In this document: positions 51,953 through 62,666 of the stretch, piece by piece
Layout: every line of letters begins with the position of its first letter
Position numbering within the stretch: position 1 is the first letter of the stretch
NCBI GenBank assembly: GCA_902785275.1
Contig: CACZYB010000005.1
Span: forward strand, 8,865-72,864
Source of the DNA: an uncultured Pseudomonadota bacterium
GTDB taxonomy: Bacteria; Pseudomonadota; Alphaproteobacteria; Rs-D84; CACZYB01
Reading direction: 5' to 3'
DNA: 64,000 nucleotides
Made by a program: the position numbers and the translations under genes
The notes under the pieces: model-generated
The model's database searches: none
Told to the model about the DNA's origin: nothing
Seen by the model: the letters and a program-made list of their open reading frames with translations, nothing else

Positions 51953-54463
51953 ATGGCTGAAAAATTAACATTAAAACTTGGAACTAAACTAAGTTCTTCC
52001 GCATCACGTGGTGGTATCGAAGTTGAAGTTATTAAGAAAAGACGTGTATTTTCAAGTACAGGAAATACCTCTGAAACTTCAACTCCAAAAACCATTTCTG
52101 CACAAGAAAAGGAACAAGCAGATAAACTTAAATCAATTCTTGAAAATGCAAGAAAGCTTGAAGAACAATCAAAAGTAGAGGCTGAAAAAGAAGCCGAAGT
52201 TGAACGTGAACGTCAACTTTTGATTGAAAAAGAAAGAAAAGAACAAGAAGAACTTCAAAAACAAGCACAAGCTCAGGTTCAAGCTCAAGCTCAAGTTCAA
52301 GAAGAATCAAACAAAGCTACTTCTGCTTCTTCAACTCCTAAAGAAGAAGAAAAAACAGAAGCTACTGAAAAAGTTAAATACAAAAAGAATAAAGATGCTT
52401 ATGAAGATGACGATGATGAAATTGAAAATTCTAACAGTAAGAAAAAATCATCTGATAAAAATAAATCTTCTAAAAAGTTTTCTGATAAGTCAGATAGAAA
52501 AATGAATTTCTCAAACGTTGTTGTTTCAAGTAGTGATCTTGATTTCGATGACGACGATGATGAACAAGAAGAACATTCTGCATCTCTTGCATCTGCAATG
52601 GAATTTGTTGGTACACACCAACACAGACGTTCTTTTGCATCTATAAAAAGACAGAAAGAAAAAAATTATCGTAAGTTTATGGAACATCAAGAACCAAAAG
52701 AAGTTCAAAAAACTTATCATGAAGTGATTCTTCCTGAAACAATTACTGTTAAGGATTTGGCTATCCGTATGGCTGAAAAAAGCAGTGATGTTATCAAAAC
52801 TATGATGAAACTTGGTATTATGGCAACAATCAACCAAGTTATTGATGCTGATACTGCAGAACTTATCGTTATGGAATTTGGTCATACTGTAAAGCGTGTG
52901 TCCGATGCTGATGCTGTAACATCAATTCTTTCTGATGCATCAGAAGAGGCAGTATGGCAACCAAGACCACCTGTTGTTACAGTTATGGGACACGTTGATC
53001 ATGGTAAAACATCGCTTCTTGATGCGTTCAGACAAACTGATGTTGTAAGTGGTGAAGCTGGTGGTATTACACAACATATTGGTGCATACCAAATCACAAA
53101 TAAAACAGGTAGAAAAATTACATTTATTGATACACCAGGGCACGAAGCTTTCTCTGCAATGCGTGCACGTGGTGTTAACGTAACTGATATTGTTATTTTG
53201 GTTGTTGCTGCAAACGATGGTATTATGCCTCAGACCGTGGAAGCTATTAACCATGCAAAGGCTGCAAAAGTTCCTATGATTGTTGCAATCAATAAAATCG
53301 ATTTACCAGAAGCAAATCCAGAAAAGGTTCGTATGGAACTTTTACAACACGGTTTGGTTGTTGAAAAACTTGGTGGTGATGTTTTGGATGTTGAAATCTC
53401 GGCAAAGAAAAAACTTAACCTTGATAAATTGGAAGAATTGCTTCTTCTCCAAGCTGATGTTTTGGAATTAAAGGGTAATATTGCTGGTCACGCAACTGGT
53501 GCTGTTATCGAAGCAAAGATGGAGCAGGGACGTGGTTCAACTGCAACTGTTTTGGTTCAAAAAGGTATTCTTAAAAAAGGAGATATCTTTGTTTCCGGTT
53601 CATCCGTTGGTCGTGTTCGTGAACTTCTTGATGAATTTGGTAAAAAAGTTCAAAAAGCAGAACCATCACAACCTGTTGTTGTTCTTGGATTCGAAGGTAC
53701 ACCTGTTGCAGGTGACGACTTTGTTGTTGTTGAAACTGATGCAAAGGCTCGTGAAGTTGCAGAATACAGAAAACGTAAAGAAAAAGAAAAGCAAATGGTT
53801 GCTAAAAAATCTAACTGGCAAGAACTTTTCCAAAATATTAAAGAAGGAAAGGCTGAAACACTTCCAGTTATCATTAAGGCTGATACTCAAGGTTCAGCAG
53901 AAGCAATTGCCGATTCGCTTTTGAAAATTAAATCTGATAAAGTAAAAGTTCAGGTTATGCATTCTGGTGTTGGTGCGATTAATGAATCTGATATTACTTT
54001 GGCAAAAACTACTGGTGCTGTTGTTCTTGGCTTCAATGTTCGTGCAAACACAAATGCAAAGGAACAAGCAAAACACGATGATGTTGATATTCGTTACTAC
54101 TCTGTCATTTATAATATGATTGATGATGTAAAGGTATTGATGTCTGGACTTCTTGCTCCTGTTATCAAAGAAAACTTTATCGGATATGCAGATGTGCTTC
54201 AGGTATTCAATGCTGGTAAGGCAAAGGCTGCCGGTTGTAAAGTTACCGAAGGTATTGTTAAGAAAGGTTGTGGTGTTCGTATGCTTCGTGATAACGTTGT
54301 TATATTCGAAGGTAAACTTGCTCAACTTAAACGTATGAAGGAAGATGTAAAAGAAGTTCGTTCCGGTATGGAATGTGGTATTTCTTTTGAAAACTTTAAC
54401 GATATACTTCCTGGTGATAGATTAGAGTGTTTTGAAACCGAAGAGGTTAAGGCAACACTTTAA
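51953..54463 (+). CDS. infB: Translation initiation factor IF-2
   Basis: [38 protein letters not shown]. Confidence 0.99.
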   Translation: MAEKLTLKLGTKLSSSASRGGIEVEVIKKRRVFSSTGNTSETSTPKTISAQEKEQADKLKSILENARKLEEQSKVEAEKEAEVERERQLLIEKERKEQEELQKQAQAQVQAQAQVQEESNKATSASSTPKEEEKTEATEKVKYKKNKDAYEDDDDEIENSNSKKKSSDKNKSSKKFSDKSDRKMNFSNVVVSSSDLDFDDDDDEQEEHSASLASAMEFVGTHQHRRSFASIKRQKEKNYRKFMEHQEPKEVQKTYHEVILPETITVKDLAIRMAEKSSDVIKTMMKLGIMATINQVIDADTAELIVMEFGHTVKRVSDADAVTSILSDASEEAVWQPRPPVVTVMGHVDHGKTSLLDAFRQTDVVSGEAGGITQHIGAYQITNKTGRKITFIDTPGHEAFSAMRARGVNVTDIVILVVAANDGIMPQTVEAINHAKAAKVPMIVAINKIDLPEANPEKVRMELLQHGLVVEKLGGDVLDVEISAKKKLNLDKLEELLLLQADVLELKGNIAGHATGAVIEAKMEQGRGSTATVLVQKGILKKGDIFVSGSSVGRVRELLDEFGKKVQKAEPSQPVVVLGFEGTPVAGDDFVVVETDAKAREVAEYRKRKEKEKQMVAKKSNWQELFQNIKEGKAETLPVIIKADTQGSAEAIADSLLKIKSDKVKVQVMHSGVGAINESDITLAKTTGAVVLGFNVRANTNAKEQAKHDDVDIRYYSVIYNMIDDVKVLMSGLLAPVIKENFIGYADVLQVFNAGKAKAAGCKVTEGIVKKGCGVRMLRDNVVIFEGKLAQLKRMKEDVKEVRSGMECGISFENFNDILPGDRLECFETEEVKATL

Positions 54464-54485
54464 TCAAAAAATAAAGAAAAGTTTT

Positions 54486-54511
54486 AAAGGAGGGTTAATC
54501 CCTCCTTTTTT
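54486..54511 (+). terminator. Terminator after infB
   Basis: AAAGGAGGG-ttaat-CCCTCCTTT followed by a T tract. Confidence 0.85.
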
Positions 54512-54575
54512 GTGATTTTATATTGAATAAATTCTTATTTTGTATTAAAATGAAAAAGTAAACAAAGGAGAAAAA

Positions 54576-55088
54576 ATGGATTTTTTTAATAAAAATTACA
54601 AAAAATATCTTGATAAAAAAGAAAAGATTTTACTTCACATACAACAGGCAAAAAGTTTTACTTTTTTACATGTGTTTGGTGTTTTTTTATTGACATTTTT
54701 TATGGCTACATTTTTTGCAATATTTGTAATAGCTAAGTTAAAAATAAGAGGATTTTTCCCTTTTAAATTTGGTCTTTGCATAAGTTTATTTGCTTCTATA
54801 ATTTCTTATTTGAGATACAAAGGCGTACAATATCTAATAACAGAAAATGGTATCTATAAAATTTCAGGTGTATTAAATAAAAAAATAAAATTTGTTCCAT
54901 ATAAAAAGATAACAGACAATGCTTTATCGATAAATATGTTTGAAGCAATGTTTGGTGTTGGAACAATAAATATTTCCACAGCTGGCGGTACCAGAAGTTA
55001 TAGAGGAAATTCTCAACCATACGAATTGATTATTCGACACGTGAAAGACTATAATAAAACAAATCAATTGATAACAAAACATATATAA
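54576..55088 (+). CDS. Membrane-anchored bacterial PH-domain (bPH_2/YdbS-like) protein
   Basis: Two TM helices then Y.IT..GIY..SG.L.....VPY.KI...FGVGTI.ISTAGG. Confidence 0.8.
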   Translation: MDFFNKNYKKYLDKKEKILLHIQQAKSFTFLHVFGVFLLTFFMATFFAIFVIAKLKIRGFFPFKFGLCISLFASIISYLRYKGVQYLITENGIYKISGVLNKKIKFVPYKKITDNALSINMFEAMFGVGTINISTAGGTRSYRGNSQPYELIIRHVKDYNKTNQLITKHI

Positions 55089-55089
55089 A

Positions 55090-55118
55090 TTTTTCCCCAT
55101 AATAGGGGAATTTTTTTT
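55090..55118 (+). terminator. Terminator
   Basis: TTCCCC-ataata-GGGGAA followed by a T tract. Confidence 0.65.
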
Positions 55119-55181
55119 AAGATTTTATACTCCTATGATTTTTATATTTTCTTTCTATACTTTTATTTAAGGAGAAAGAGA

Positions 55182-55997
55182 ATGCAAAAATTTTACTTAA
55201 GAGTTTTGCCGTATGTGATAAGTCTTTTTGTCGGGGCTTTGATTTTTGGAGTTGTTGATTATATATCAAATCCAGATTGGCAAAATTTAATTTTAAATAT
55301 TTCTGCGGGCCTTATCAGTGTGCCATTTATTTTTATTTGCTACGAATTGGTAAAAAATATTTCCGAACGAAAAATTAAAACAAAAGTTCGAACCTATGTG
55401 ACATATCATTCCCAAAAAGTATTTCTTTCATTTATAAAATATTTTTACACTTGGTTTTTTCCAACTAAAAAGGAAACTATTTCTTTGGATGAAGATGATG
55501 TCGAACGTATATTAACATTGTCTCTTGTTGATATTGAGAAAATGCTTTCTGAAAAAATGTTGCTTGGATTCTTTATCTACAAAGATATAAACGAAGATAT
55601 TCGTTCCCTAAGTGCTATTGTAAAAAATAATAACCTTACAGAATACGTTACTGATACCGAAATGATTCATATAATAAATATTTTAAGGAATATCACTCTT
55701 ATCCGTCGAGAGATTCTTGATTTTATCGTTGTGGGAAAGGATAGGTCATTAAAACTAAAGAAAGATTCTAATCCACACAATTTTGAACTTAAACTTTATT
55801 ATAAAAGATTAAAAATTGATAACGGGCTTTTTGATAATGTTTCAACGGACAGACTCCTTGAATACTTCAAAGTTCCAACCGAAACAATAGAGATTCTATC
55901 AAACCAAATTTTTGATCTTATTTCAGATATAAAAAATTTAATTACACTTATGGAAATAAATTTTTGGGATGACAGTAATTTATTTGAAAATAAATAA
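55182..55997 (+). CDS. Hypothetical protein with two N-terminal TM helices
   Basis: 271 aa ORF with AAGGAG Shine-Dalgarno. Confidence 0.75.
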   Translation: MQKFYLRVLPYVISLFVGALIFGVVDYISNPDWQNLILNISAGLISVPFIFICYELVKNISERKIKTKVRTYVTYHSQKVFLSFIKYFYTWFFPTKKETISLDEDDVERILTLSLVDIEKMLSEKMLLGFFIYKDINEDIRSLSAIVKNNNLTEYVTDTEMIHIINILRNITLIRREILDFIVVGKDRSLKLKKDSNPHNFELKLYYKRLKIDNGLFDNVSTDRLLEYFKVPTETIEILSNQIFDLISDIKNLITLMEINFWDDSNLFENK

Positions 55998-56047
55998 TCC
56001 TTGCAAATTTTTAACACTTAGGATATCTTAGAAAAGTCTTAAACGAT

Positions 56048-56123
56048 GTCCCTATCGTCTAGAGGCCTAGGACACAAGATTCTCATTCTTGCAACATGGG
56101 TTCGACTCCCATTAGGGATACCA
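56048..56123 (+). tRNA. tRNA-Glu, anticodon CTC, CCA encoded
   Basis: GTCCCTA/TAGGGAT acceptor stem, Glu-type D arm GTCTAGAGGCCTAGGAC, CAAGA-TTCTCAT-TCTTG anticodon arm, ATGGG-TTCGACT-CCCAT T arm. Confidence 0.96.
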
Positions 56124-56382
56124 ACTTTAGCTTTTACTTATCTTGTAAAATCATCGAAAAATCAATGGATAAAAAGATTCTAGTTAAATTATTTCTATAG
56201 TTTGTTAAGTTTCTTTATTCTAAGCTTTAATTTGTAAAAATTAATTATCTGATTTTACAAAATTTATTATGCGTAGTTAGTTAAATTTTCCTACAAAATT
56301 TCTTGCTTTTCAAGATAATAAAGAATATAGTAAAAGTGTAAAATTTTAAGGGAATTTTCAAGTTTGGTTTATGGGGGAGAAA

Positions 56383-58323
56383 ATGAAAAAAGTTTCAGTG
56401 TCAGTTTTAAGTTCTGTATTAGCTTTGCTTACAGCATGTGGTGGTAGTGGTAGTAATTTACCTGCATCTTCATTACCAACATCGACAAAGCCTACTTCTG
56501 ATAATAGTAAAAAAACTGCAAAGTCAGATAGTAAGAAAACTGATAAAACCGATGCTAAATTAGAAGAAATTCAAGTGGTAAAACCAGAAGATCCTCAAAA
56601 AACAGAAAATATTATTTCTGAAAATGAGAGTACAGAAAATACTTACCAGGATATTCTTTCAATAAAATCAAATAATCTCATTTCTATAATATCAACTGTG
56701 GAAAAAAGAATAAAACATGAAATTGATACTTCTGATTATGATGTTATTAAAAGTGCATACAATTCTGCAATTTCCGATTCTTTTACTGTATCCATACTTG
56801 AACCAAGTGAAAATATTTCTGATAACGAAAAGAAATATAATATTTTAAGTATGACATCAGATATGTTTTTAAAAGGGGAAACTATCTTAAAAAATTTTGA
56901 AAAGATATTAAAAGAGCAGGGGAAATCTTACCTTGCAAAGGAAGTTTTAATTCAATTTGTAAAAGCATTTAATTTGACAGATATAATTGATGTAAAAAGT
57001 GGTGTTACAGTTGCGGATATTGCTTCTGCTGTAACTAAGAATTATACACAAATAAAAAATACAATTAACTCGGTAATAAATACTGATTTCAAAAGACAGA
57101 CTGTAGATTTTTCAAAATATGATTTTAACGGTTCTGATTTGAGTTTCATTTTTGATGATAATAATAATATTTCAAAAATAAGGTTTACACGAAACTTGGA
57201 TGAAAATTTTGCAAAGAATTATGATGCATCGAATTCTGATAGAACCTCTTATAAATCTCTTATTACTCAAGATATTAGTCTTTCTGATTTTTATTCCTCT
57301 AATAAAGGGCTTATGATTGCAAAAAATAGTCAAAAATATAAAGTTCCATATGCGGTTTATCTTGTAAAAAACAATAGTGTTCTTGGCCTTTATTCTGTGC
57401 CTGCTTTGTCATCATCTGGTGGATATTTTGAATATGCAGAAGATTCTCAGTTCTATCCTGTTAATGATATGTTAAATACATGGTCTAAACTTATTGATGA
57501 AGGTTACAGTGGTAGCCTTATTTCTGATTTGAAAAATGGTGTGTATGGTGCTGATGGGAAAAATAGTGTGACTAATGTTAAAACTATTACTCAAACTAAT
57601 ATTACTAATGCTTTTAGTAATCACACTGTTGTTGATATAGGTAATAATTTAAAATTATTGTTTGAAAGATATCATTATATAGATATTGATACAGAATTAG
57701 CCTTGGCTGGAAAATCTGTTGATTTATCTTACTCACAGTTTGGTAATATAAAAACTAAAACAACAATATCATCGTCTGATTTATCTAATTATCCTAATAA
57801 TACTTCATTTGGTAGTTTTTCAAAAAGTGAAAGTGAAGGATTTGCATTTATAGCAGGAAATTCTGATTACAAAATTGATATTTCTAATATAAATAATTAT
57901 ACAAGTTTTACAGGAAAAACTTTTGGAACAATAACTTATGAAGATAAGACAACAGGAATTAAAAATTATAAAGATATTTCAGGAAATGTTTCTTTAACAT
58001 TAAATCCTAGCGTTGATGAAAGAGAAAATTTATTTGCTGATTTTGATAATTATTATAGGGTTACTGTAGTTAAAAATAAAAATGGTTCAAGTAATCTTGT
58101 ATTAGATGATACTAATGTAAGTAAATTCTATCAAGATAATAATCTTGTTTTTGATACAAAGACAGAAGGTATCGTTCTTCCATATCTTATCGATTCTTCT
58201 TTCCAATATTATGGAAATGCTGGTAGTGTAGAGGAAGCTGTTGGATATGTTAATATCGGAGGAAATCTTTCTAAAAATAGAGAGATGTATTTAAGATTAT
58301 CTTTCGGTGCAAAAAAAGAATAA
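56383..58323 (+). CDS. Surface lipoprotein with a probable TbpB-like C-terminal beta-barrel
   Basis: Lipobox LTAC followed by GGSGS linker; C-terminus ...EAVGYV...LRLSFGAKKE. Confidence 0.7.
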   Translation: MKKVSVSVLSSVLALLTACGGSGSNLPASSLPTSTKPTSDNSKKTAKSDSKKTDKTDAKLEEIQVVKPEDPQKTENIISENESTENTYQDILSIKSNNLISIISTVEKRIKHEIDTSDYDVIKSAYNSAISDSFTVSILEPSENISDNEKKYNILSMTSDMFLKGETILKNFEKILKEQGKSYLAKEVLIQFVKAFNLTDIIDVKSGVTVADIASAVTKNYTQIKNTINSVINTDFKRQTVDFSKYDFNGSDLSFIFDDNNNISKIRFTRNLDENFAKNYDASNSDRTSYKSLITQDISLSDFYSSNKGLMIAKNSQKYKVPYAVYLVKNNSVLGLYSVPALSSSGGYFEYAEDSQFYPVNDMLNTWSKLIDEGYSGSLISDLKNGVYGADGKNSVTNVKTITQTNITNAFSNHTVVDIGNNLKLLFERYHYIDIDTELALAGKSVDLSYSQFGNIKTKTTISSSDLSNYPNNTSFGSFSKSESEGFAFIAGNSDYKIDISNINNYTSFTGKTFGTITYEDKTTGIKNYKDISGNVSLTLNPSVDERENLFADFDNYYRVTVVKNKNGSSNLVLDDTNVSKFYQDNNLVFDTKTEGIVLPYLIDSSFQYYGNAGSVEEAVGYVNIGGNLSKNREMYLRLSFGAKKE

Positions 58324-58402
58324 ATTTTTCAAACATTAATTACAATAATCCACCCCGATTCGTTTTATGTTATAGGTAGGGGTGGATAATAAAAAGAGTA
58401 AT

Positions 58403-58437
58403 AAAAAAGGCTCTGGGTAACCAAAGCCTTTTTCTTT
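58403..58437. terminator. Bidirectional terminator
   Basis: AAAAAGGCT.TGG-gtaa-CCA.AGCCTTTTT between convergent genes. Confidence 0.72.
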
Positions 58438-58451
58438 TAATATTTATTTTA

Positions 58452-60059
58452 TTACTGACATTGTTTCTCACCACATTCCAACTTACTCATTATGTTAGAA
58501 TCTTTAAGTATTTCATCAAGCTTACCTAAACAGTTAGAGCAAGAAAGATTTCCTGTATAAGTTGCGTAGCCAGTATCATTACCATTAGCAATCTTTTGGT
58601 TCGAAAAACCACTTCTCATTTTTGCAACTAAACTTTCAAGATTTCTTATATTATCCTTTTCAATAAGTTGAAGAACTAACTTCTTACAATTATCTTCGTT
58701 GTTTAAGCTACTACATCTTGCACAAGTACGATAATTTAACTTTTGATTTTCTTTATATTTAGTTTCAAAGCCATTAGATGTTGGCAAAGCAACAAAGTAT
58801 GAAGTATACAACTGGTTCCCATTATTATCTTTTGAAATACGGATATAGTTATCATCATTACACTTAACTCCAGGATTTTCTGATACCCCTGTTGGTTTAG
58901 AGGAATCTTCAAACATACCGCAAGGAAGAACGCTTCTTTGTGATTGAACGATAGATTTAACATCAGATAGTTCGTAGGTATTTAAATTAGCATTACTATC
59001 CCCATATCCAAGTCCAGCATAATTAAAATCAGGTTTTAAACCATCACCATCTCTACTCCATCTTTGAACAGAAAGTACAGCATCACCACCAACAGAATTT
59101 GGATTTGTACCAGTAGCGACAGAAGTACTTAAAACAGAAGTGTTAGGATGCATAGAACCTGTTGAAACTTGTTTTCCGGCATCATCAGTCCACTTTTCAC
59201 CAACAACCTTTACCCCCATACGATAAGATAATTTTTCTTTATTGTCAGGATACTTGTCTTTACTATATTTATCACTACTATACTGATTTTTAGCTAAAAG
59301 TACTTTACTTACACCAGCGGATATAACTCTACCTTCACCATCGATATTCACAAGTTTTTGTAAATGTTCAGGTCCTGTTTTATAATATTCAGTTCTTTCG
59401 CCAAAATAATTTTTACGTTTCGTATTATCATCAGTAAATTTTTTTAAATCACTGATACCTTTAAATCCATCAAATGCCACAATTGGGTAAATAGGTGACC
59501 AACATCCACCCAACTTACCTTCTGTTATTTCACATGGGTGCTTACCATCATTTGGTAAAATCTCACCATCTCTCATTTTTTGATATTCAGCCTTAATATT
59601 GTCATCAAGTACTATATAATATCTATAAAAGCCTACAGGAATATTAGAATCATCAGTGTGAGTTTGTATACCAGGTCCTGTTGATAAATATCCATTTTCA
59701 TCAGTAGTATATTTTAAGATATTATTACAACGCTCACCATTTCCAGTACAATTTTCAAGCAAATTACCATTGCTGTCTTTTACCTGATAATGGTAATGAC
59801 TTCCCAGAACATTTGAATTCCATTTACTTCTTTCATCTGATGGTAAACCTGTTTCTGTAGTAAGAGCCTTTGCTGAAGCACCAACAGTACCATCACTAAG
59901 CTTTGTTGCTCTTTGTTCAACATTTCTTTGTATATTAATATTTCCCTGGCTAGAAGCATCACCTGTTAACTTTCCGACATTTCCACTAGTCTGAGCAAAT
60001 ACAGAAGTTCCCAAAAATCCGGTTAAAATGATAGTAAGTATAGATATTTTTTTATTCAT
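58452..60059 (-). CDS. Secreted hypothetical protein containing Cys pairs
   Basis: 535 aa; Sec signal ending SVFA; GGGAGAGG Shine-Dalgarno. Confidence 0.8.
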   Translation of the reverse strand: MNKKISILTIILTGFLGTSVFAQTSGNVGKLTGDASSQGNINIQRNVEQRATKLSDGTVGASAKALTTETGLPSDERSKWNSNVLGSHYHYQVKDSNGNLLENCTGNGERCNNILKYTTDENGYLSTGPGIQTHTDDSNIPVGFYRYYIVLDDNIKAEYQKMRDGEILPNDGKHPCEITEGKLGGCWSPIYPIVAFDGFKGISDLKKFTDDNTKRKNYFGERTEYYKTGPEHLQKLVNIDGEGRVISAGVSKVLLAKNQYSSDKYSKDKYPDNKEKLSYRMGVKVVGEKWTDDAGKQVSTGSMHPNTSVLSTSVATGTNPNSVGGDAVLSVQRWSRDGDGLKPDFNYAGLGYGDSNANLNTYELSDVKSIVQSQRSVLPCGMFEDSSKPTGVSENPGVKCNDDNYIRISKDNNGNQLYTSYFVALPTSNGFETKYKENQKLNYRTCARCSSLNNEDNCKKLVLQLIEKDNIRNLESLVAKMRSGFSNQKIANGNDTGYATYTGNLSCSNCLGKLDEILKDSNIMSKLECGEKQCQ

Positions 60060-60158
60060 TTACCCTCTCCCTATTTTAGTTTCCTTTATATTTTATTGCA
60101 TTTTTTATTTATTTTCAACAAAATTATTACTAAAACAAATTTTTTCCTTATTTCCCCT

Positions 60159-60187
60159 CTTGAAATTATTTTTTTATATCACTATAT
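60159..60187 (+). promoter_or_regulatory. RpoH (sigma32)-type heat-shock promoter of dnaK
   Basis: CTTGAA-16-ACTATAT, one mismatch from the alphaproteobacterial CTTGAA-N16-CCTATAT pattern. Confidence 0.6.
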
Positions 60188-60229
60188 GAAATTTTGTAAA
60201 AAAATAACAAAGATAAAAGGAGTTTTAAA

Positions 60230-62140
60230 ATGTCAAAAGTTATTGGTATTGATTTGGGTACTACTAATTCTTGCTTTGCTTATATGGATGGCGGTGAGGC
60301 AAAGGTTATCGAAAACAGCGAAGGAAAAAGAACTACACCTTCTGTTGTTGCAATAAACGAAAACGAAATCTTGGTTGGAAGTTCTGCAAGAAACCAAGCT
60401 ATCATTCATCCTGAAAGCACAATTTACGCAGTAAAAAGACTTATGGGTCGTAGATTCGATGATAAAATGGTTGTTAAGGATAAAGATCTTGTTCCTTATA
60501 ATATTATAAAAGCAGACAACGGCGATGCATGGGTAGAAGTAAATGGTAAAAAATATTCTCCATCACAAATTTCTGCATACATTCTTTCAAAAATTAAAAA
60601 AGATGCCGAAGCTTATCTTGGCGAAGAAGTAAAAGAAGCTGTTATTACTGTTCCTGCATATTTCAACGATTCTCAACGTCAAGCAACAAAGGATGCTGGT
60701 AAAATTGCTGGACTTAATGTCCTTCGTATCATTAACGAACCTACTGCTGCTGCACTTGCTTATGGTCTTGATAAGAAAAAGTCAGGTACAATAGTTGTAT
60801 ACGATCTTGGTGGTGGTACATTCGATGTGTCTGTTCTTGAAATTGGTGACGGTGTATTTGAAGTAAAGTCAACAAACGGTGATACTTTCCTTGGTGGTGA
60901 AGATTTTGATAACAGAATTATCGATTTCTTAGCAGAAGAATTTAAAAAGGAAAACAATGGTATCGATTTGAAAGCTGATAAACTTGCTCTTCAAAGATTA
61001 AAGGATGCTGCGGAAAAGGCAAAAATCGAACTTTCAACTGCTATGCAAACAGATATCAACCTTCCATTTATCACTGCTGATGCAACTGGTCCAAAGCATT
61101 TGAATGTAAAACTTACACGTGCAAAACTTGAATCTTTGGTACAAGATTTGATTGATAAAACTTTGGAACCATGTAAAAAAGCTTTGGCTGATGCTGGACT
61201 TGATAAATCAAAGATTGATGAAGTTGTTTTGGTTGGTGGTCAAACACGTATGCCAAAAGTTCAAGAAGTTGTTAAGGAATTCTTTGGTCGTGAACCACAT
61301 AAGGGTGTAAATCCAGATGAAGTTGTTGCTGTTGGTGCTGCTATTCAAGGCGGTGTTTTAAAAGGTGATGTAAAGGATGTTCTTTTACTTGATGTTACAC
61401 CACTTTCACTTGGTATTGAAACACTTGGTGGTATTTTCACAAGATTGATCGACAGAAATACAACCATTCCAACAAAGAAATCACAAATTTTCTCAACTGC
61501 AGAAGATGGTCAAACAGCTGTTTCAATCCGTGTATTCCAAGGTGAACGAGAAATGGCTCAAGACAACAAACTTCTTGGTGCATTTGATTTGATTGGTATT
61601 CCAGCTGCTCCTCGTGGTGTTCCACAAATCGAAGTTACATTTGATATTGATGCAAACGGTATTACTCACGTTTCTGCAAAGGATAAAGGTACTGGTAAGG
61701 AACAAACAATCAGTATTAAATCCGATGGTGGTTTAAGTGATGAAGAAATCGAAAAGATGGTTAAAGAAGCTGAAGCAAATTCTGCTGAAGATAAAAAGAA
61801 AAAAGAAAGAATCGAAGCTGTTAACCAAGCTGAATCACTTGCTCATCAAACAGAAAAGAACTTAAAAGACTTTGGTGACAAAGTTGATGATGCAACAAAA
61901 ACTGCATTAGAAGCATCAATAAAAGAAGTTCGTGATGTTATCGCAAAAGACGATTCTACAACCGAAGAAATCAAGGCAAAAACAGAAGCTTTGACACAGG
62001 CTGCAATGAAACTTGGTGAACTTATGTATAAACAACAACAAGCCGGAGCACAGGCTCAAGCTGGTGCCGAAGCAGGTGCACAAGCACAACCAGAAAATGG
62101 TGAAAAAGTTGTTGATGCAGAATTCGAAGATAAAAAATAA
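60230..62140 (+). CDS. dnaK: Chaperone DnaK
   Basis: [37 protein letters not shown]. Confidence 0.99.
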   Translation: MSKVIGIDLGTTNSCFAYMDGGEAKVIENSEGKRTTPSVVAINENEILVGSSARNQAIIHPESTIYAVKRLMGRRFDDKMVVKDKDLVPYNIIKADNGDAWVEVNGKKYSPSQISAYILSKIKKDAEAYLGEEVKEAVITVPAYFNDSQRQATKDAGKIAGLNVLRIINEPTAAALAYGLDKKKSGTIVVYDLGGGTFDVSVLEIGDGVFEVKSTNGDTFLGGEDFDNRIIDFLAEEFKKENNGIDLKADKLALQRLKDAAEKAKIELSTAMQTDINLPFITADATGPKHLNVKLTRAKLESLVQDLIDKTLEPCKKALADAGLDKSKIDEVVLVGGQTRMPKVQEVVKEFFGREPHKGVNPDEVVAVGAAIQGGVLKGDVKDVLLLDVTPLSLGIETLGGIFTRLIDRNTTIPTKKSQIFSTAEDGQTAVSIRVFQGEREMAQDNKLLGAFDLIGIPAAPRGVPQIEVTFDIDANGITHVSAKDKGTGKEQTISIKSDGGLSDEEIEKMVKEAEANSAEDKKKKERIEAVNQAESLAHQTEKNLKDFGDKVDDATKTALEASIKEVRDVIAKDDSTTEEIKAKTEALTQAAMKLGELMYKQQQAGAQAQAGAEAGAQAQPENGEKVVDAEFEDKK

Positions 62141-62157
62141 AACTCTTCTTCTTTGTA

Positions 62158-62186
62158 AAAAGCCTCCCACCAGGGAGGTTTTTTTA
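62158..62186 (+). terminator. Terminator after dnaK
   Basis: GCCTCCC-acca-GGGAGGT followed by a T tract. Confidence 0.82.
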
Positions 62187-62320
62187 TTTCAAAAAGATTC
62201 GCTTTTATATATATAGTGTAGTTTTTATCTATTTGACGATTTTTAATTTACGGATAGAAGATAATATATAAAAAGTTCTAAACTTCGCATAAATCTACCA
62301 TTTATTGATGAATTTTAGTG

Positions 62321-62350
62321 ATATACAAAAAAGGTCCGTTTTTTGTATAT
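62321..62350. repeat. Perfect 12-bp inverted repeat around GGTCCG
   Basis: ATATACAAAAAA-GGTCCG-TTTTTTGTATAT. Confidence 0.75.
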
Positions 62351-62666
62351 GATTTTAATATTATATCAAAATTTAAAATAATCAAGGAATATATTGAAAA
62401 GAATCGATTTTTTTTTATAATTTTAGAACAAAAAGAAACATAGAAAAAGTCCGTTTTTTCTTTACATTTTTTCTTTAAAAAGCGACATCAAAATTTTCTC
62501 AAAATTCCTTGATTTTCAAAAAATTGAGGTATGTATTATGGGTAACATACTTTAAACGGACGTTTTTCGTATTGATTATTGTGGGGAAAATGTTTCATGG
62601 TGTTTTCCCCTCCCGTATTCGAAGAAGGTTCAATTTTAATTTGTATACAGAGGGAGAGTGAAAGTT

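Noticed and set aside
52258-52300. [13 protein letters not shown] repeat in IF-2 and the similar DnaK tail
   Set aside because: Degenerate in-frame low-complexity linkers, common in these proteins
54576-60059. tRNA-anchored genomic island or prophage
   Set aside because: No integrase, no duplicated tRNA 3' end and no phage genes seen in the window
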